From: a virus
Lineage: Duplodnaviria; Heunggongvirae; Uroviricota; Caudoviricetes
Direction: 5' to 3' (one strand)
DNA: 52,915 nt
IMG/VR virus record: IMGVR_UViG_2909288124_000003
Location: 1 to 52,915 of that record
The position numbers and the translations under genes are program-made. The notes beneath the pieces are model-generated. The model saw nothing but the letters and a program-made list of their open reading frames with translations. It was not told the DNA's origin and did not search any database. This document shows positions 47,241 to 52,915 of the stretch, piece by piece (the first letter of the stretch is position 1; the number at the start of each line of letters is the position of its first letter).

Positions 47241-48014
47241 TCAGTAGCGCTTGTGAGGATTCACAGACAGCCTCTTCAAAACATTACCTGTACCAGCATT
47301 ATTAAGCACCTTTGCAGCTTGCTCATTAGCGGCATCTGAGAAGGTGCTTTTTCCATTCTCAACTTTGACACTTCTACCACAATTGATACGGGCTTGAAGT
47401 TGCTCATTAGAAAGTTCACTCGTAGAGCGATTATATAGCTCCTGACACAGCAACATACCATTACCTAAACTTGTTGTAGTGTTCCCTGTATTCTTTTTAC
47501 TGGTAGCACCACCATCATTTGTGGTAGCCGTTTTGCCAGTAGCAGCCGAAATATCCGTTTGACCTACGATTGAACGAAACTCTACACCTTGGAAGGTCAT
47601 CTGAATACGAAGACCATTAGCAATGGTATGCTCTTTACTCGCTTTAAACTGAGTAATGATACTATCAGTGATAGATATTCCATCTTTACAAACAATAGTG
47701 ATGATTTGCTTCTGGTCTCGCCATTGTTCAACCGTAGAAATAAAGGTCTCTACAAGTTGCCCCTGTCTGGTTAATAGAACTGAACCCGTCGAATCAACCA
47801 CTACAACACCGCTAATAGAGATGGTCTTAGGTGCTCTCTGAACATTATCAGTGATAGTTTGCCCCGATTGCATAGCCTGAGTTGTCACCATCATCGGTGA
47901 GTCATAGTCCATCTGTTCAGTAGCTGTTAAGGCAAGAAAAGATTCTACATTATCTCTAAGGTGAAAATAGATACCATCTTTACCTGAATATCTAATTTGC
48001 TTTGTGTCAAACAT
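47241..48014 (-). CDS. Hypothetical protein (possible tail component) of element 2
   Basis: 257-aa ORF downstream of the tape-measure gene in an AT-rich region. Confidence 0.4.
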   Translation of the reverse strand: MFDTKQIRYSGKDGIYFHLRDNVESFLALTATEQMDYDSPMMVTTQAMQSGQTITDNVQRAPKTISISGVVVVDSTGSVLLTRQGQLVETFISTVEQWRDQKQIITIVCKDGISITDSIITQFKASKEHTIANGLRIQMTFQGVEFRSIVGQTDISAATGKTATTNDGGATSKKNTGNTTTSLGNGMLLCQELYNRSTSELSNEQLQARINCGRSVKVENGKSTFSDAANEQAAKVLNNAGTGNVLKRLSVNPHKRY

Positions 48015-48033
48015 TGTTGTTATTCCTATTCTG

Positions 48034-48098
48034 TTAAGCGTGAGCTACGTGAAATCTAATTTTTGATGTTGGTATCTGTTCAGAAGATTTCACGTAGC
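48034..48098. repeat. Conserved intergenic palindromic element, copy A
   Basis: TTAAGCGTGAGCTACGTGAAATC and GATTTCACGTAGC (13-bp perfect inverted repeat) flank a 29-bp spacer, about 20 bp upstream of the RBS of the 48014..47241 gene. Confidence 0.6.
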
Positions 48099-48187
48099 AT
48101 TCGACTATTCATAGTTGAATCGTCATACTAGATAAAGATTAATAGATTGCCATGTGTGGCAATAAATATTAGTAGTTCTAACATTGT

Positions 48188-50269
48188 TTATTCCTCTGGG
48201 TAAGCTGAGCTAATCAAGGTATCTTCCTGCATACGATTAATATGCGATGTGGTTCTTTCATCAATAACCTTTCCATCAAGTACCGTCTGAGTTGTGATAT
48301 TGATTGTCTGAGGCTGAATATTTACTGACGGCTTGATAACCTTTAAATCTTGTGTGAATGTTTCCACTCGACCTTTCAGATTATTTAATGCTTCATGTGA
48401 AATCTGTGGAACATCTTTTGATTTGCCATGAACCATAGCCCATAAAACAGCGGCTAAAGAGTTCATGTCACCAGTCAATGCTTGGTCTGTGGGTTCCACC
48501 TTTGACCTTACAACTTTGTCAATTGGATTATCTGACTTACTCATCTGACGTTCATAGAACGGTTTAACAATGGAGTTAATCACATCAGTTGCCATACCGA
48601 CAATCATTACTTTGGTAATTGCATCAGCTACAGATAATTTTCCTTTACCACCTTCAACACTACCAGTACCAGAACGTGAATTGATTCTTCCCGCTGCTGT
48701 ATTTGCGACATTTCCAAGCGTGGAAATAGCCCTAATTAAGTTCCAGATACCACCTACAGCACCAATACCAGACCTTACAGCGACAATACCAGCAAGTCCC
48801 TTTAATGCACTTAACAGGCCATTTGCGATACCATCAGCTACAGCTTTTTGAGTGTCATTTAATTCTCTGTAAGCAAGGGTCACTCTGTCAAAGAATCCCT
48901 GCACTCGGTAGCTAATCGTGGTTAAATCATCAATACCGTTTGACATGCTTTTCATCAGGTCGCCAAAATGTTCACCAAGACTTTTAGATTGACCACCTAG
49001 TGAATTAAGTAAATTAGTCAGTGACCTTGTAAAATCTACCAGACCTTCCTGTGAACCATCGAACATTAAGGCCAGATTATTATTCCATGAATTACTTAAG
49101 CGGCCTAACTGCGTCTGAGTAGAGTTAATAATCTTTTCCCATCCACCAGCTTTATCAATCATCCTTCCCATTTCAGCGGATACTTTAGGAAGAACATCTT
49201 TAGAAAGAACCTTACCGTCTTTCATGGCCTTGTCTAATTCTTCCGTAGTCATCCCAAGACTTCTGGCAAATAACTGGAAAGCACCTGCCATTCTGTCCCC
49301 TAACTGACCGCGTAATTCTTCAGCCTGAATCTTTCCTTTAGATGCCATCTGCTCGAAAGCTTTTAAAATCCCGTTAATTTCATCGGTGCTTAGCCCCATT
49401 AATCTGGATGTACCAATCACATTACTAAATAGGGATTCTTTCTGGCCTGCATCCATATCACCAGCACCAGCGGAAAACTTAGCAAAACTGCTTAATGTTT
49501 CAATCTGGTCTACACCACTACTATCAGCAAGATTCTTAACAAATTCTGTAGCTCGTTTAGCACCTTCATCACCTAAAACGAATTGTGCCGCTCGTTGTGA
49601 TGCTTCTTTTTTCAGACCAACTTCCATAACCTTCCTATAAGCTTCTAAGGCTGTCTGAAAACTATAAATGGCTGTACCTGCTTTGATTGCACTTGTAGCT
49701 AATACATCTAAACCATTTGAAGCATTTTCACTGTGATTGTTTTTGCTGGTGGTCTTGTTAAACTTAGAAAGTGTTTCACGTAGATTTTGATTTAACTTTG
49801 CTAACTCACGATTAAAAGCTTCGTTCCCAAGTGTCTTGGATTTACTAGCTAGCCCATAAAACTGGCTCTTAATGTATTTCTCGACAATTGGGTTAAGACC
49901 TTTCAGCTTGGTCATATTAGCTGAATAAGCTGCTGTGATTGCTCTGTTGCCGCTAATTCGTGGCTGTCTTGATTGTTTTGGAGGATTAACAGTGTCATTA
50001 AATCTGGTGGCAAACTGAAATGCTTTTGTGCTTTTTGCTCTCTGTTCAATCTTGTCAAAGGTCTTATTAAACTTCCTTTCAAGTTGCCCTAAAGAGCTTG
50101 TCAGATTGCTGTCAAGTTGCTTGGTATCGACCTTAAACGCCCTATTCAAATTACGTTCAATTCTTTGTGCTGACTGCAAAGCTGCCTTTTCAACTCTTTG
50201 CAGACCTTTAATAACGTTCTCGCTGAAGCCTAGTTCAACGATAAACGAATCAACTGTGAATTTGCTCAT
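48188..50269 (-). CDS. Tail tape measure protein of element 2
   Basis: 693-aa helical protein with the conserved tape-measure block (KGKIQAEELRGQLGDRMAGAFQLFARSLGMTTEELDKAMKDGKV). Confidence 0.7.
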   Translation of the reverse strand: MSKFTVDSFIVELGFSENVIKGLQRVEKAALQSAQRIERNLNRAFKVDTKQLDSNLTSSLGQLERKFNKTFDKIEQRAKSTKAFQFATRFNDTVNPPKQSRQPRISGNRAITAAYSANMTKLKGLNPIVEKYIKSQFYGLASKSKTLGNEAFNRELAKLNQNLRETLSKFNKTTSKNNHSENASNGLDVLATSAIKAGTAIYSFQTALEAYRKVMEVGLKKEASQRAAQFVLGDEGAKRATEFVKNLADSSGVDQIETLSSFAKFSAGAGDMDAGQKESLFSNVIGTSRLMGLSTDEINGILKAFEQMASKGKIQAEELRGQLGDRMAGAFQLFARSLGMTTEELDKAMKDGKVLSKDVLPKVSAEMGRMIDKAGGWEKIINSTQTQLGRLSNSWNNNLALMFDGSQEGLVDFTRSLTNLLNSLGGQSKSLGEHFGDLMKSMSNGIDDLTTISYRVQGFFDRVTLAYRELNDTQKAVADGIANGLLSALKGLAGIVAVRSGIGAVGGIWNLIRAISTLGNVANTAAGRINSRSGTGSVEGGKGKLSVADAITKVMIVGMATDVINSIVKPFYERQMSKSDNPIDKVVRSKVEPTDQALTGDMNSLAAVLWAMVHGKSKDVPQISHEALNNLKGRVETFTQDLKVIKPSVNIQPQTINITTQTVLDGKVIDERTTSHINRMQEDTLISSAYPEE

Positions 50270-50287
50270 TGTTCATATTTCACCTCT

Positions 50288-50352
50288 TTAAGCGTGAGCT
50301 ACGTAAAAAATAATTTTTGGTGGGTATATCTGTTCAGAAGATTTCACGTAGC
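50288..50352. repeat. Conserved intergenic palindromic element, copy B
   Basis: Same element as 48034..48098 (shared TTAAGCGTGAGCTACGT and TCTGTTCAGAAGATTTCACGTAGC), about 20 bp upstream of the tape-measure RBS. Confidence 0.6.
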
Positions 50353-50436
50353 ACACATACAAAAAAGGGAGAAACTACCGAATAATATCGATAATCTCTC
50401 CCCGTGTTATAGATTCGATTAGAAGCTAATCTCAAA

Positions 50437-50652
50437 TTAATGCCTGACAAGATAATGTAGTTCCGTTTCACCTATGATTTGAGCATCAGAAGGAATACGG
50501 TCGATACACCATTTTGGAATCTTGCGTGTTTTTGGTTTGCGTGAGGTGATAATTTGATGTTTGGTTTTAATTCTTAAGGCTGGCTTAGTTTGTAACTTTA
50601 AGTTTTCACAAACAGACTTAATAGTTTCATAGCGTTCTGTTAAATCAATCAT
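50437..50652 (-). CDS. Hypothetical small basic protein
   Basis: 71-aa ORF in element 2. Confidence 0.35.
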   Translation of the reverse strand: MIDLTERYETIKSVCENLKLQTKPALRIKTKHQIITSRKPKTRKIPKWCIDRIPSDAQIIGETELHYLVRH

Positions 50653-50674
50653 TCATCACCTCACATATGCATAA

Positions 50675-51379
50675 TTAAACAGCCTTGCTAAATTCTCGTG
50701 GAACACTCAGAAAATCATTGAAGCTGATAATCTGTGCCAACTCTTGACGGTACTCCTTAGCCAGCGCTTGATGGTCACTAATCAGCTTAGCCAGTCTTGA
50801 TTTCAGCAAATTAATCTCATTTTCTCTTGCTTTCATCAGTTTCTCTTTGGCAATTTCTTCAAGCTCAGCTTGTGATTTATCAGCAACAATTAGAGACAGT
50901 CGATGTGGTGCTCTGACAGCTCTTTCTGTACGAACAACTCTTTGACCTTCTGGTAAATCTGCAATCACTTTACCAATCTCTACAGGGTCATACCCCCAAC
51001 CGTCACGGTCTAGTCGAGAGAAATAAGCATAAGAATTGGTTTGAAGCTCCATCAAAATAGCCATTTCGTCAATTTCGTCTTCAAGCTTGGACTGAATTTT
51101 CTCGTAAACACTTCTCATTGCTTCTTGAGAGTCTCGAAGGTCTTTGAAATATTTGCGTTGCAGCTTCAGTTTCAAATCAAGCTCACATTCCTCATTCATC
51201 GAAAAATCAATTTCAACTCTTGGAATCTCGATTGGTTCTGGTGGAATATATGGACCTTTATTTACTTCGTGCGATTCCCGCCAAGCTCTATCAAAAGATT
51301 CACGCAAAGTTAATTCGTGAATATCAAGTGCACTTGGTCTGTTCTCAACAATCATTTCGTGTTCATTACGAATGGACAT
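50675..51379 (-). CDS. Hypothetical protein (coiled-coil C-terminus)
   Basis: 234-aa ORF in element 2. Confidence 0.4.
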   Translation of the reverse strand: MSIRNEHEMIVENRPSALDIHELTLRESFDRAWRESHEVNKGPYIPPEPIEIPRVEIDFSMNEECELDLKLKLQRKYFKDLRDSQEAMRSVYEKIQSKLEDEIDEMAILMELQTNSYAYFSRLDRDGWGYDPVEIGKVIADLPEGQRVVRTERAVRAPHRLSLIVADKSQAELEEIAKEKLMKARENEINLLKSRLAKLISDHQALAKEYRQELAQIISFNDFLSVPREFSKAV

Positions 51380-51934
51380 TAATATTTTCCTCTTCTAAGA
51401 TAATTTATGTTTCAGTTTTTAAAAAGCACACCTGACAGCCTATCTAAACTTAGAAGAGACTTAAAAGGCGGTTTGCCAAGTATGCTTTTTAAAAGCTGAA
51501 AAAAGCCCTAAACATAATCTGTGAAGGGCTTTGGAGGTTTGCTTTATAACGTTAACGAAGTTTCAGGAAAAACTTTCTTTAAGAGTTCTGCTTAAAAGCT
51601 CTTAAAGAAAGCCCTAACTCATGATTAGGGCAAAGCTGTAAGGATTCAATAACGAATGAACAAAGACTTTTTGAGATAGCCTCTCAGACTAAACTGAAAG
51701 GCCATGACGAAAAGCATTGCACCTTTCCAACTCAGAATATAGTTATCATCGATGTAGAACGATTAATAGTTTAATTCAAGGAGAATTGCTCTCCTCATAT
51801 ATACAATTATGTCATGCTCAAGGTTATTTGTCAACAGCTTTTAACAGATTGGTAACATCAATTTTTATTTACCGTGTTGCCCACCCAGCAACCAACAAAT
51901 AAACCCAAAGCTGTCCAAGCAATTATTAAGCCCA

Positions 51935-52258
51935 TTAATGCACCACCTTCGAATCCGTAACCAAAACATTGTCAGCGTACAAAATTACTATAGCCGCCTT
52001 GAGATATTTTTCAGGGCTAATGCTGTATTTGTTCGTTTGCTCGATAACCAATCTTTTCATGTTTGAGTCGCTAACGGGAAACATAAAACGTGGTTCACCA
52101 GTTTCAATTTCCTGAATAAAATCTTCAATTGCTTCTGAGTTTTCAGCCATCAGCTTTAACAGCCTGTCAAAGTCAATGCTAATACCTGCATCAGTGAAGC
52201 TTTGCACCATCATAGCAGTGTCGGTATCAATAAAAATTTGTAATGGGTAACTGTTCAT
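51935..52258 (-). CDS. Hypothetical acidic protein
   Basis: 107-aa ORF in element 2. Confidence 0.35.
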   Translation of the reverse strand: MNSYPLQIFIDTDTAMMVQSFTDAGISIDFDRLLKLMAENSEAIEDFIQEIETGEPRFMFPVSDSNMKRLVIEQTNKYSISPEKYLKAAIVILYADNVLVTDSKVVH

Positions 52259-52415
52259 TTCTTAAAATCTCCTTTTTCACCAGACCTCCTCAATCGCTCT
52301 GTAACGAGCTAAACAGTCTTTTTCAGGGGTAGCCTGTACAGTGGTATTACCCACCCTAAAATAAGATAGTTTTTTGCGTTAGAATGCGATTGAGAGCGTC
52401 TGAGAAGCTGTTTTT

Positions 52416-52703
52416 CTAATTTCTCTTAAAGTCTCGGACTTGCATAAGATTTTTTGGTCTGGTATCGGCTCTGTTACCATTTCGATGGATAATTTGCTTG
52501 TTGGATTGATAGCCATGATAAAGAAACCAGACAACATATTTCACGTAGAAAGTGTATCGGCCTATATTAAATGTTTTGTTGCCGTAGTCGTCGGTATTTA
52601 TCGTGACTGACTCTCCATCAGACCAGCACAGGGAATCACTGGATTCATCATAGATAAGGTGTTCTGTAAAATATCGCCTAACATCTTCATGCCAAGGTTT
52701 CAT
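52416..52703 (-). CDS. HNH endonuclease-like protein
   Basis: IIHRNGNRADTRPKNL resembles the HNH H-N-N motif; ATGA overlap with the upstream ORF. Confidence 0.45.
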   Translation of the reverse strand: MKPWHEDVRRYFTEHLIYDESSDSLCWSDGESVTINTDDYGNKTFNIGRYTFYVKYVVWFLYHGYQSNKQIIHRNGNRADTRPKNLMQVRDFKRN

Positions 52704-52915
52704 AAAACCTCCTCACCCCAATAACCTAATTCAATCTTGTGACGCTCAAACCATTCTGGCTTGACTGCTGCTTTCAGTGTTTCATTTGGGCCAATGGCTT
52801 TAATGAAAATATCTTTTGAGTTATGGATGTCACCGAATCCGTTTCCTTCAATCAGGAGGTCGGAGATGTAGCGAATCATTTTATCTGTGTGGTATTCAAA
52901 GGTAACGCATAGCAT
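52700..52915 (-). CDS. Hypothetical protein (possibly 5'-truncated by the window edge)
   Basis: ORF begins with ATG exactly at the window end and is translationally coupled to the HNH-like gene. Confidence 0.3.
   Translation of the reverse strand: MLCVTFEYHTDKMIRYISDLLIEGNGFGDIHNSKDIFIKAIGPNETLKAAVKPEWFERHKIELGYWGEEVL

Overview
The window holds two integrated mobile elements in tandem inside the host gene yecE (DUF72). Element 1 (about 86..45256) is a complete lambda-like prophage. Its late genes lie on the minus strand: side tail fiber region, J, I, K, L, M, tape measure H, G/GT with a -1 frameshift site, V, U, Z, FII-like, decoration protein, ClpP-like protease fused to the major capsid protein, portal, W, large and small terminase, and a cos-like site. 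Upstream of these are accessory (moron) loci, two tandem Q-antiterminator/lysis modules, a four-gene tRNA cluster, and a nin-like region (Rha antirepressor, DUF968, RusA, LexA-DBD-only protein, adenine methylase). The replication and immunity region has an O-like initiator with six iterons, YdaT-like and Cro-like genes, and a cI-like S24 repressor. The plus-strand early-left operon carries a ClpX zinc-ribbon-like protein in the lambda N position, a GC-rich structured non-coding stretch, RdgC-like, HD hydrolase and exonuclease genes, then xis and a tyrosine integrase beside attR. A 14-bp direct repeat (TTAACTGCGTGGAG) and TGCCCCA arm-type repeats mark both ends. Element 2 (about 45640 to beyond the window end) is AT-rich, starts with a large serine recombinase, and encodes a tape-measure protein, an HNH endonuclease and hypothetical proteins separated by conserved palindromic intergenic repeats. 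No CRISPR array, IS element or stx gene was seen. The most interesting candidates for undescribed biology are the accessory genes at classic moron positions: a 316-aa gene antisense to the late transcript in the stx-equivalent position, a 249-aa gene downstream of the second Q, and a Clp-fold serine protease with a small partner ORF. Others are a LexA-box-controlled operon encoding a UmuD'-like protein, a LexA DNA-binding-domain-only protein, and the ClpX-zinc-ribbon protein. All functional calls are from by-eye sequence and motif recognition without database searches. Coordinates from the ORF track include the stop codon, and trimmed starts are my inference.
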